DNA of 49,302 nt from Schmidtea nova (taxonomy: Eukaryota), in contig CM097883.1 in NCBI GenBank assembly GCA_044892505.1, positions 80,228,001-80,277,302 of the forward strand. Direction: 5' to 3'. Both the position numbers and the translations under genes were made by a program. Shown here piece by piece: positions 1 through 11,318 of the stretch. Under the pieces are notes generated by a model. The model was not told the DNA's origin and did not search any database. It was given only the letters and a program-made list of their open reading frames with translations. Position 1 is the stretch's first letter, and every line of letters starts with the position of its first letter.

Positions 1-249
1 TGCACATACAGTGATTAACAAAACTAAAACTAAAAAATAATAATATCAATAATAACAAAATAAAAAGGGGGGTAACAATTCATAACACTAACAAATAATT
101 TACAAGGGACATGTTACTTCTGGGAAAACGGTATTTACTTGTGAATGTGATAAAAATATAATACAATGATGTCATTTTAATTATTGTACGGTTTGCATAA
201 TATATTGATTTAAAAGCTAGGTTAGTACATATGCTAAATTAACAAGTTT

Positions 250-950
250 CTCCTTTAGGATAAAAATGATTTTCAACATAATAATTATTTTTTCAATTTA
301 TGTAAATAAACTATCATTAATTTTAAAGAATAATAAAATTTATCACAAAAATATTACTTATGAACAGTATTGTATATATACAGTACTAACTCTTTAGCAA
401 GTTGTTCTAAAAATTTTAATGTATTGACTATATTCACTTAAAATCTCTCAGTTGTCTTCAATTATTATTTCTAGTATGGGTGTTATTAATACTAAAAATA
501 CTGGGTTTATTAGTAAAGATATGAAATTAACAATTATTGATTATCACATTTGGCTTAACAAATTTAAAAAATCACCAATTGTTCAATTTTACCACAAGTT
601 GTTACGCAGTGCTTTTTACGACACTTCATGAAGAATAGCACTTAGTGTATAACGATTTGAATCTTTGACCACTCATTACTGCCTCTGATTTAATAATTGG
701 TAAATCGATCTGGTTGCATTCGTGCTTTGTTTTGGATAACTTTTATATTCCTTATTACAAACTGGATTCACTAAGTTCGTATAACTTTGATCGATAGACT
801 TCATTTTTTTCTTTTTGATTGTTTCTGGATACGTCTGATTACAATATGTGCTCAATTCTAAATTCGGTTTCACTTACTTTTATTACACCAATTTTCTGCT
901 ACAAATTTTTTTCTCTTTTTTTGTTGTTTTTCAATTCGGTTTTTCGCTTT
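250..950 (-). mobile_element. Degenerate piggyBac (PGBD-like) transposase relic
   Basis: Manual minus-strand translation, with stops and frameshifts, gives IDLPIIKSEAVMSGQRFKSL (cf. PIF..VMSRNRF) and KELVLYIYNTVHK*YFCDKFYYSLKL (cf. H.LY.DNFYTS second-D motif), in the expected order. Boundaries are approximate. Confidence 0.55.
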
Positions 951-1886
951 TATATGCTGTCGTTTGCCATCAATCACTGATAATTATTTTTCAGTTCCAT
1001 TTGCAACTATCTTCCTTTGCAGTCTCCATTTTGTCTTTCCAATTTATCTGATTTTTCATGTGACCCGTTCGTTATCTCGAACAAGCTGTCGAGAGACGTG
1101 AGCTTTAACTTAATTTTGTTGTGCTTTTTGAAATTATTTTTACTGGCTTATACTTGCATAATTACTAATGACCTTGTTTTGTTTCGTTGTTTGATTTTTC
1201 CTATTTCCTCCACATTTTTAAATTTCGTCTTTTCACTCCTGCCTCTCAGAATCCGAGAACAACGAAACATTTATTTTATCCATTTTCCTCCAATCATTTA
1301 CTAATATTACTTAATTTTATTATTTAGGTATCCTTAACATATTTTTGATGAGTGAGAATGAATTGCAAACAACAAAATTATTTCACTGATTTAATAAATT
1401 ATGCAAATATTAATAACCGTATATTAAGTCATTGTAGCATTTCATATTATTTATGCTTCTTATTGTTGTCTTGAAATCGCATGTACTTTTTAGAATAGAT
1501 TTGTAAAGTAGTCTGACACAGATGAGGATTCACATTTCCATATGCAACATCAAACTGGTGTAAGAAAGGAATTCCATGTTGAACAGCAATTTACAGACAG
1601 AACTGTTTATCGCTATTGACATTGCTGTGACCGAGTAAATCAAATTCTCGGTTTATTGCCGAAAAATCATTGAAATAAAATTAATTACATGAAAACTTTT
1701 CAAATCCAATCAGATGCAGTTTTAAAAATTTTAATGTTGGTAATGATATCGAATGATTTTCACTGCTTGATTCTATGAGAGCTGACAAATTGTTCTATAT
1801 CAATTTTGATGATGCTTTTGCTGGAATTTGCATGTTGAGAATTGTACTTATTGTTGTTTAGGTGAGAAAACAATAAAATATAGTAT

Positions 1887-2090
1887 ATTTCAATAGCGCC
1901 AAAAAATACAAAATTTGAAATTTTGATTAAGAAAATAACGAAACACTTTATCAAATGTTAGAATAAAACAGAAATTTTGACTTATTACTTAATAAGTCAA
2001 AATTTCTGTTTTATTCTAGCATTTGATAGAGTGTTTCTTTATTTTCTTAATCAAAATTTCAAATTTTTAACTTTTTGGCGCTATTGAAAT
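1887..2090. repeat. Imperfect long palindrome (about 101-bp arms, 2-nt spacer)
   Basis: ATTTCAATAGCGCC...GACTTATTA-CT-TAATAAGTC...GGCGCTATTGAAAT, with a few arm mismatches. Confidence 0.9.
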
Positions 2091-3578
2091 CATATTATTT
2101 TGCTGTTGTGACCCAGGCCGCCAATATGACACGGTACGGAGGTTGCCTGCATCACATTCACTCCGTTAATATAACTTATTTTCATAATCATTGGAATAAA
2201 ATTGTTCAACATTTTAGAATATTATAAACAATAATTTTATTCATTAAAGTTTTTTTGCACATTTTTCATCTGCTTTTTTCATTCGAATTTCATTGATCTA
2301 TAGTGAAAAACAATATGAAAATTAATGAAAATCGAATAACTAAAATACAAATCTTGTAAGATAAAATCAGTATAAAGAAAAATTTAGAAAGAAAAAATTT
2401 TCATTTACAACTTTGTTTTACCAATAAATAGATGGATTCAAAACCCTTACATAGTCCTCACAAAGAATTAATTTTCTTTCTTAATCCTTGACTTTAAAGT
2501 GAATTTTTTATACTTGTTATTTTATTTTTAGTATTAAAATAATTATAAAACTTAATAAAAATCAGTCTGTCTGAATTATGATTTTCATTGACATATTTTT
2601 GGTGGATATCCGGAAGCCTCATTTTACGATAATTTAATTTGATAGTTTGGAGAATTATCTAGAAATGAAATCAAATTGTGTTGTTAAATAGCTATTTTCG
2701 ATGTGATTATTCAATTTTTTTAAAACCGTAAAAATTAATGAATGGCAATTTTCTAGATTTAGATTCATGTACATTCATTTTTAAAACAAACGATCAAAAC
2801 GAACATATATGAAATCGTAAAAAAGGTCCCAGTGACGGAAAAAAAAGATTTTAAGAAATAAGTTTTCGATTCATCTCTTAGGCTTTATTTATTCAGTAAA
2901 ACAGTTATTTCTTTTTTTTTTAATTTTTAACACTTTCGCGGATGACTACTGCATAACCAATGATTGTTGTAAAATTTAATAGTGCTTCTTCTACGACACT
3001 TCTACACTACCCATTAATTTAGTCACGCCTGACAATACGGTTTTTTTTACATCGGATACCACAATTCCTATTATGATATGTATAATAATGATGAGAGAAT
3101 GTATGTCAGTGGCTTCACAGAATAGGGTCCTCCACGAAAGTATTAAGCGTTAGTAATTGCTAATCAATACTGCCTATCCCGAGTGTCGCTTTCGTATGTC
3201 ATTTCAACCAGTCGATTCTTGTTTGTATGAGATTCACTCGCTCGTCTGTTTATTTGCATTCTTTTTCATTTAGTGAAAAAACTGCAATTTTTTGTCATCC
3301 TGTATTTAAATAAATGAACTGATAAGTGATAAACATGGGTCACAATTAAATAAATGTTTAAATTTGAAGGTAACAAAATAATAATCATTGACAATCAAAA
3401 TTTAAATTACTCTATTGTATGGACATCGCAAGTAGACTTTTTTCATTAATTTTCACCGTTGATCTTTTTTTCAATTTATTTTTTTATCTATAAATATTTC
3501 TTTTAATATAAATCGTTTGTCAAAAAAGGAATGAAGGAAATATTATTTTTCAAACAGCTTTTGGCGGATAGTTTATGG

Positions 3579-3968
3579 CAACGGTTCCCAGCCTGTGGGT
3601 CGCGACCCCAATGGGTTCGCGTGACAGTTTGCCAGGGGTCGCTTGAGACTTTCTGAAAAAATATTTTTTTCATGCGTGTCAGTGGTCCCTTACTATCATT
3701 TTAAATTTTAGCGATACTTCTACTAACCTACTCTGACTACACTGGCGCTACAGTCACAACACTGAATCGACGTACAATACTATGATTCATTGATATAATT
3801 TAATAATTTTAGCCATTTATATTTTTGAAACTTCAACTCTTTACGAAATTACCTACGTACTTAGTGAAGTAAACTGAAGTGCAACCCTATTGATTTTATT
3901 GTTTGGGTCGCCACAAATTGGCAAATGTTATCATGGGGTCACAGCACCAGAAAGGTTGAGAACCGCTG
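3579..3968. mobile_element. hAT (Charlie-like) MITE, 390 bp
   Basis: TIRs CAACGGTTCCCAGCCT (3579-3594) and AGGTTGAGAACCGCTG (3953-3968); 8-bp TSD GTTTATGG / GTATATGG (7/8); subterminal GGGTCGCGACCC motif. Confidence 0.85.
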
Positions 3969-4056
3969 GTATATGGAATATAATAGATTTGAATTGGGCA
4001 TTTTTGGATGTTTTTAACTTTCATATTTTAATATAATTTAGTCCTTTTCTTTCTAG

Positions 4057-5203
4057 AAAAACGAAATGGTCGACAAATATGAGTCAAAATTACAACCGAT
4101 GGAACTACATAACTTTTCCAGTCAATTTTAAAGTCTCAAATATAGATTTAAAAGGTGAACTAGAGTATTCCTCACTCGAAATAAGTGGCCATTCGATTTG
4201 CGTCGACAATTTCACAGTGTCCAAGTTTCCTTGTCGATTTACGAAAAATCTTTTCAACAACAACTTTTCGTCCGATCAAAATATGTGGCTCACCCAACCA
4301 ATAAGTCTTTTATTAGCGATTATTGCTTTAATGTTCGCATTGGTGTTGATCGGTGTTTCTTTGAGTTTTATTTGCGCAAAAAGAACCCAAAGGAATTTAC
4401 AGCGATCTAAACAAACGTCTCGTCGCAACAAAACGATCCGAAACGATCGCTTGTCTTTTCAGAATTCAGTAAACAACGACGCAACAGTCAACAGTAATTA
4501 CGACATTGACACATTCGGTTCGAGTGTTCGGTTTCCCAATCAAACCCGCTGCTTGCCGGCTGTCGTTCATGTTCGCAGCAACCCTCAACTGTTTTGCTAT
4601 TCTCGGCATCATTCGTTTCTTGCTTCGAAATCTGTCGAAAGCAACGAAACGAATCCGAATTGTCGGTTTTCTCTCGCTTTGACTGAAGATGCTCAAGTTC
4701 AATTGTTGACAAATAGCAATCTGACAAATGCAAGTCCGCCCGTGTCGAGTGATTTGTCGTCGAGAAATCTGCCGATTATTCGACAGCAATCTTTCACCAC
4801 GACAATTAGCCACGAAAGAACTCCGTCTCCCACTGAACAGAATTCTCGAGCGGAAACCTCTTCTATTCAACAGCGACCTCAGTCGATTGTTGTTGTGCCC
4901 AGTTTCTGTGCTCCAATTATCGATCAGTCCGAGTCTGATTTGTCTTTGGAATCAGTACACATTCAGCAAATACCTCTCAGCAGCACCAGACTCGATCGAT
5001 CTCGTCCGATCCGGGAATCCATGAATATTGGCTACATCAGTGACAATAGTCCCTATGATTTGCCTCATTATGACGCAGCTTTGGAATTATTAGCGGCACA
5101 CAAAATGAAATTAGCTCAATCTATAATTTCAAATGACCAATCATCAGACGTTGCTAATAACAACAATTCCGATGATTTCGATCAGTTCGGTTCGATTGAT
5201 TGA
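4057..5203 (+). CDS. Terminal exon of a MAM-domain, single-pass type I membrane protein
   Basis: Polypyrimidine acceptor TTTTCTTTCTAG ends at 4056 and is followed by a frame that stays open to TGA 5203. KWSTNMSQNYNRW...HSICVDNFTVSKFPC resembles a MAM C-terminus (W..sg.qg..W...IAIDDI....C). It is followed by a hydrophobic helix PISLLLAIIALMFALVLIGVSLSFIC, a basic stop-transfer KRTQRNLQRSK and an S/T-rich tail with LPHY. Upstream exons were not resolved. Confidence 0.75.
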
Positions 5204-6180
5204 GAGATTATTAAATAGAATAAACTATTTTTAATAGTACTTCTTCTAAATTTTATTAACGATTTTTAAATATTGATTAACTGATTTATTCATTGAATTA
5301 TGTGATTGATTATTTGTTGAAATTTGTAAATATAAGAAATCGATTCTCTGGGAATTGACAACAACTGATGATCCATTTATATTATATATTACATTAGATT
5401 TATCTTAAAAATTTTTAACTAAATGTAAAATTGTTGAAAGATTTATTTCTGATTTAGCCTTATCAGATCTTGTTATTCTCAATATATAGATTGATACGAG
5501 TGTAATTAATGTTCAATTGATTGTTTTAATTAAATCATTTTCGACTAATCAATCAAAACTAATTAATCGATCTCATTAGTTATGTTAAATCAGCTGTGAT
5601 TCAATATGACGACGAATTAGTTGATGGAAGTTAGTGTTATGTATTTTATAGTTTATAATCCGTGGATTATTATGATTGGTCTTCCGATGATTATCCTGTT
5701 AATGTTTGGAATTAAATATTTTTTCATGAATCGAATTAATAATTGAACAATCATATAACAAATTAAAGAGGACATATAAAATAAATTTCACATTTATTGT
5801 GAGCATTTTACAAAATGTTTGAAAAATTTTGTAAAATTACTCTGGCATTACAAGAATATATGTGCAATAATTAAAATATTATGGTACAATTTTAATTGTA
5901 AACAATATTTTAGTATAAATTGTAAATTTTTCTCAGTCCAATGTGGAGGCCTAATAAACAGTCCTAGCACTAGTCGCCAGTCCAATTCTGAGCCGATGTC
6001 GACACCGTAAACCACTGAGATATTGTGTATTTTCAGTAAAATTGCTGATACATAATGTCACTTAGCCCTCAAGAAATCTTTTTCATCCATCTTCCCTGCA
6101 ATAAGTAACGTATTTTATGATGAAAATGACTTATCACGTCAGAGTCACTTTAATGTAAGTCGAAAAAAACTTTGTTAAAT

Positions 6181-6330
6181 ACCTTTCCTGGTACACTGGA
6201 TATCACATCACTTGAATATGCAGGGTCTTACAGATAATCTGTAACTTGCAAACATGGCGTAAGTATTTCATATTCGTCTCTGTGCACTAAAAGTGTTCAA
6301 AAGAAACTGTTTGCAAGGGCCCCGATTGCC
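6181..6330. repeat. Dispersed repeat, homologous to the interior of the MITE at 44248-44601
   Basis: TCTTACAGATAATCTGTAACTTGCAAACATGGCGTA and its flanks match the reverse complement of about 44330-44470. Confidence 0.75.
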
Positions 6331-6377
6331 TTAGCTTTATTATTTCAATCACCTGAAATATCTTTTCCATATAAAAT

Positions 6378-6461
6378 AATAATTTCGTTTTCGGATGTAG
6401 TTGTTAAACTGTAATCTCGTTCTGTAAGACTTTTCATCAAATAATCAATAATATATCTCCA
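6378..6461 (-). pseudogene. Actin gene fragment
   Basis: Translates to WRYIIDYLMKSLTERDYSLTTTSENEII, versus the actin motif [28 protein letters not shown]. No convincing flanking actin sequence. Confidence 0.7.
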
Positions 6462-6921
6462 CATTTTTACCTACTCATGAGATATTTAAAGGATACTGAA
6501 AGAATTGGCGAACAGCTGTACGCAACAATGTATAATGTGAAAAAAGATATTGTTTGAAAAAATGAAATTATTTAAAGTTTCCAAACAAGTTTCCAAGATA
6601 TGCAAAGCTTATTTTCTTGTTCTTGGACATTAACACTAGTTCTCAAATTAGGGAAAGTGACGACAAGACTGTCATACCGTATGTTTTGAGACACATAACA
6701 GCGCCCGATATGAGTTACTATGTGACTAAAAAAGAGTTTTCCCACGAAATATGAATGTGTTATGTATTTTAGTGAATATCTTTACAGGAAAAAATTTACA
6801 GATCGCATTGATCATAATTTGCACTAGTGTTTATGAATACTACAGATGTTCAACTGGAATGGGTTGAAGATAAGACAAGTAATTTCGTGAAAGAGTTAAA
6901 TTATTTAGTAGTTGAAGAATA

Positions 6922-7942
6922 TGTACTCGCCAGATACAGGAACCCCAAATAATGTAATAATTGACATTTCCCTCACATTATGTATTGAATTACGTAACAT
7001 TATATGCTAATTGTCTTTAATTGCATAACCATTAACCACGATTATATCATATTTGACGTTTGCCATGTATTGCATCATTTTTGTCCTTTGACCCCCGTTG
7101 ACCTTTAAAACTTGACCTTTATTTGATATGCGTTAACACGCGTACTCACTTACGCACACGCGTACTCACTTACGCAAACGCGTACTCACTTACGCACGTG
7201 CTTACTTGTTTACGCACACATGATCACCATAATCACTACACGCTTACAGCCCATGATCACTCCCACTGAACCACTGCACCACTGAACCACTGCACCACTG
7301 AACCACTAAACATCTGTAACAGTGGTACAGTGGTGCCAGGTGTTCAGTGGTATAGTAGTAAATATGTTCAGCGGTACAGATTTTTAGTGATTCATATGTT
7401 CAGTGGTACAGATGCTCAGTGGTTCAGTGATTCAGTAGTACAGTGGAACAGTAGTACAGTGGTACAGTGGTATAGATGTTTAATGGTACATATGTTCAGT
7501 GGTTCAGATCTTCAGTGGTTCAGTGGTACAGATGTACAGATGTTCAGTGGTTCAGTCGTACAGTGGTATCGATATTCAGTGGTACAGTGGTACAGTGGTA
7601 CTGATGTTCAATGGTTCAGTCGTACAGATGTTCAGTGGTTCAGTGATTTAGTGGTACAGTGATTTAGTGGTACAGTGGTTCAGTGTTACCGCGTAGCAAA
7701 TAAAGGTCAATGTGTAAAGGGCAAATAGGGTCAAAGGTCAAATATGATGCAATATGGTGCAAATATCAGTTATAATATAATTTTGTTAAATGTAACGTAA
7801 TTGGAGTAAAATGTGATGTAATAAAGACCAATTGATACTTGATTGGTGTCAATTATTATGTAGCATTACGTATTGTTTTGCGTAATATATGCCTGAAGGC
7901 CAATTGTTACGTATCTAGGGGGTTCTGTATCTGGCGGGGACA
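6922..7942. mobile_element. Foldback/MITE-like element (about 1 kb) with internal satellites
   Basis: TIR core CGCCAGATACAGGAACCCC (6928-6946) / GGGGTTCTGTATCTGGCG (7919-7936); TGT...ACA ends; mirrored TGACCT/AGGTCA tracts; 20-bp tandem CGCGTACTCACTTACGCACA x3 (about 7138-7199); ACCACTG/CAGTGGT satellite (about 7260-7690). Confidence 0.7.
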
Positions 7943-8014
7943 CACCTTACTACTTTTTATAATTGATTTATTTATTGATCTGACTCCAAATTATTATTAT
8001 TATATATAAATATA

Positions 8015-9362
8015 CCCCGGCCTACGAAAGGTCTCCAGTCAGGCAGTAATTTACATATTTCAGTTCATAATGAACAGTTTATAATGAACAGCAATGGGAA
8101 AAAATGTCACAAACATACACGAATACAGAATGTCTGTAATTCTCAGAGAATTCGTACTTCGTTATATTACCTTTCATTTGGATAACAAGGTGCACTCGTT
8201 TATGCATTGTATCGACCACTTTTGCTAGGAAATCAGGAGAGATGTGTTACCATTCCTCATGCAGATACGTTTCCAGTTCGGAGGCGTTACGAGCAATGGG
8301 AATCATTTTTGCGAACTCGTCTACCAAGAACGTCCCACAGAAACTCACTAGGATTCAGATCAGCGCTTTGTGGAACCCAATCGAAAACGTTCATGATGTG
8401 CGAAGTATGGATTGGTGCATTATCCTGTTGGAAAATGAGCCCCTCAATTTCTGGGAGAAAGGGAACAAGCTCATTTTCCAGAATCGCACGATATTCCATT
8501 GACTTTATGATATTGCTGCACTTCATTAGAGTGCCAGTTACACGATCTGAGAAAAGACTCCAAAACATGATGGAGCCTCCTCCATATCCCACAGTTGGCT
8601 GAATGCAGTCAGGGTGAAATTGATCTCCTACAAGACGCCAACAGAATTGCTGTCCATCAGATTTGAAAAGAATGAAACGTGATTCATCACTCCAAATGAC
8701 TGAGTGCCATTGTTCTGCTGTCCAACTCCTTCTCTCCCGGCACCACTTCAAGCGACGACGCCGAACTGTTTCTGTTATCAAAGGCTTCCTTGAGCAGTAT
8801 CTGCCATGGAAAACATGAAAATGTAATGCGCGACGAATAGTGGACATGCTGGCATGTATAGGGCCAGTGTTATATGTGGACACTAACTTTGGCATGGGGA
8901 ACCGACGATGAGCCACCACAAGTCGTTTCAGCTGCCATTGTGTACGGATGCTCAGAAGTTTAGGGCGGCCTGAATGATGCTTGTTGACATGTATCTGCTC
9001 CTGGCAGTACTTTGTCAGGAAGTAGTTAATAGTTCCTTTGGGATAGCTAGTCAATGCAGCAGTCTCACTCTGACTTTTTCCACAAAGGTAACATCCGTAA
9101 ATAATGTCTTTCTGAAAGTCTGTAAGCTCTCTCCGAGTAGCCATATTATAAGAAAATAACAATCCCTTATTAACATGACTCACTTTTATCACTGTTGTGT
9201 GCCTGGTGTGAGTAGTCATATTCTGTGTGTGAGTGTGTGCGTGTGCACATGTGCGCATGTTGCATGTTGAAGGTGTTGATGACCTTTGTTCCCATTGCTG
9301 GTCATATTTGCACTGCAGACGTTCATTATAAACTGCAATATGTAAATAACTGCCTGACTGGA
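8015..9362 (-). mobile_element. Tc1 DNA transposon, copy 1 (right TIR runs into an N gap)
   Basis: TA|CCCCGGCCTACGAAAGGTCTCCAGTCAGGCAGT terminus; the inverted copy ends at 9362; transposase ORF inside. Confidence 0.92.
8287..9144 (-). CDS. Tc1 transposase (open ORF with a shortened DDE spacing)
   Basis: MATRRELTDFQK...HSGRPKLLS (HTH), WSDESRF, FQQDNAPIH, PQSADLNPSEFLW. The second D to E spacing is 25 aa instead of 34. Confidence 0.9.
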   Translation of the reverse strand: MATRRELTDFQKDIIYGCYLCGKSQSETAALTSYPKGTINYFLTKYCQEQIHVNKHHSGRPKLLSIRTQWQLKRLVVAHRRFPMPKLVSTYNTGPIHASMSTIRRALHFHVFHGRYCSRKPLITETVRRRRLKWCRERRSWTAEQWHSVIWSDESRFILFKSDGQQFCWRLVGDQFHPDCIQPTVGYGGGSIMFWSLFSDRVTGTLMKCSNIIKSMEYRAILENELVPFLPEIEGLIFQQDNAPIHTSHIMNVFDWVPQSADLNPSEFLWDVLGRRVRKNDSHCS

Positions 9363-9949
9363 NNNNNNNNNNNNNNNNNNNNNNNNNNNNNNNNNNNNNN
9401 NNNNNNNNNNNNNNNNNNNNNNNNNNNNNNNNNNNNNNNNNNNNNNNNNNNNNNNNNNNNNNNNNNNNNNNNNNNNNNNNNNNNNNNNNNNNNNNNNAAG
9501 GGGTGGTGTGAAACGTAAGGATCGCCGATTGATTTTCTACCATACATTTTTATTTAGACCATTTTGAAATGAAGCAATATGAAATGAAGCGACGGACAAC
9601 AGGGTAAGAACCACTGATTTAATATATTTTATTCCGAATTTTAACTGGTTATATTAACTAAATCAAATATGTTAAGGTGATTTAATAAATAATATTTCCC
9701 GCAAATATCTTTACAAGTTAACTTGGAAGAATTTAATCTCAATAATCAGCAACAATTAAAAGTATTAATAGAGATGAAACTGGAAATTCCACGACTATAT
9801 GATATTGTAAGATGTTGATAACAGAATTATTATTATTATTTATCTTCATTTTTCATAAATATCATGAAACACTTAATTTTTGCTCATTAACCTCATCCGT
9901 ACAGCATATTGAGTATACGTACGTGGATGTACAACATGGAACAAAACGT

Positions 9950-10700
9950 ACCACGGTGAAAAAAGTTAATTAGTAAACTAAAGAAGCTTTTATTTCACTC
10001 CTTATTGAAGAAATGCTGTTTTATATTGAACGATGCACAAATATCAAAGTCAAGTATCTTCACAGTCAACCTTATCAAAGAAATCTTTCAGCTACATATA
10101 ACTACAAGAGTGACTATGCATATTTATACGAGCCGGAGTTGACAGGGAAAATTTCACTGACAAAAATTTTCGGATGTAAAAGACAGGCGTCCATATTACC
10201 ATTGCAGAAATTCAAATTATTTTTTTGACGATATAGGAACAAGATAATAGTAGACAAACGGAAGCTCTTTCTGCTTTCCGAGAATTAGGAAACATGTTTG
10301 TAACTAGCTTGGCTTCAATTTATATATCCAGTGCTAATTTAACAGTAGATACCAATCATAAAATATAGCATATCAATATTTTGGATACGTGAATCAGACA
10401 ATGGGTTTCCTATCCACGACATGATCGATTTCGGTCACCAACCGAATGAGCCAGTTTTGAATATTTTGTTTTTAACTATGAATGTTAAAGATGTCAAATT
10501 CAAATCTATTATATACCAAAAATTATCCCTTGAAAAAGCCGTTTGAAAAATAATATTTCCTTCGTTTCTTTTTGACTATCGAAAGGATAGTAACAATTAC
10601 TCGCCCTAGACGACAAACTCACTAGTTCCCACTGTATACGATAATTCAGCAATATTCACATTACCCCTTTCCTTGTAAAGTACAAGTAGCACATTTGCAC
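9950..10700 (+). mobile_element. Degenerate piggyBac transposase relic
   Basis: ALSAFRELGNMFVTSLASIYISSANLTVD (10264-10350; cf. ...Y.PG.NLTVDE) and ISIFWIRESDNGFP...FGHQPN (cf. GIKIFW.CDS..GY...Y.G.QP). Boundaries are approximate. Confidence 0.7.
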
Positions 10701-10827
10701 CCGGCACAAAAAGTTAAAATCAATAAAAATCAAGCTATTTCACAATATTTACTATTTAAATAATGTTGTACAGAGTTGAAACAATATATTTAATAATAGG
10801 AACACAAAACAATAAGATAAAAGCACA

Positions 10828-11095
10828 TCATTTAAACCAGGTTTTGGAGCCTCGGAGTGACGCTCTCCGTGGCATGTCGCCGGCACCCCGGCTACTTTTA
10901 CTGACCCCGCGAGATGAAGATTCATTCCATTTTTTATTTCTTTCTGGACTTCGGTCTCGTTCCCTTTCCAAGGGTTTTAATAGCATCGATTCATTTCCAT
11001 CTTAAATATGAAAATCAACAAATTCTAATTTAAACCCAGAATTTCTCTACTTCTCGATAATCCTTTCGAGCTGCTGTACATATCTCGAAACCCTC
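10828..11095 (-). CDS. Two candidate 3' exons (11095-11036, 11000-10828) of an unidentified gene; R/S/E-rich C-terminus
   Basis: A 35-nt GT-AG intron (11035-11001) joins in frame: GFRDMYSSSKGLSRSREILDGNESMLLKPLERERDRSPERNKKWNESSSRG...WFK*. An upstream acceptor TTGTATTCAG is present; the 5' exons were not found. Confidence 0.4.
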
Positions 11096-11318
11096 CTGAA
11101 TACAAGTTTTATCAACAATGATTATCGGTGAAATTTTACTCTACAGAAATTGATTTAAATGTATGTTATTGTCAAATATTATCGTGAAATAATTTGCATT
11201 CAATGGCGTTGATTTTTAATTTTTATATTTATCAGCATAAAAAAGATTTTGAAAATTGTAAAAAAATTTAAATAATATGCCAAAAACTGTTGATTCGAAA
11301 CTTTTATACTTTTGTATA

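Noticed and set aside
600-1300. Possible TAA/TAG stop-codon reassignment, suggested by long frames peppered with TAA/TAG
   Set aside because: These stretches are decayed TE sequence that also contains TGA and frameshifts. The real exons (MAM and DUF3715 genes) have no in-frame TAA/TAG.
7330-7662. 110-aa ORF rich in VQW/FSG
   Set aside because: It is a translation of the CAGTGGT satellite.
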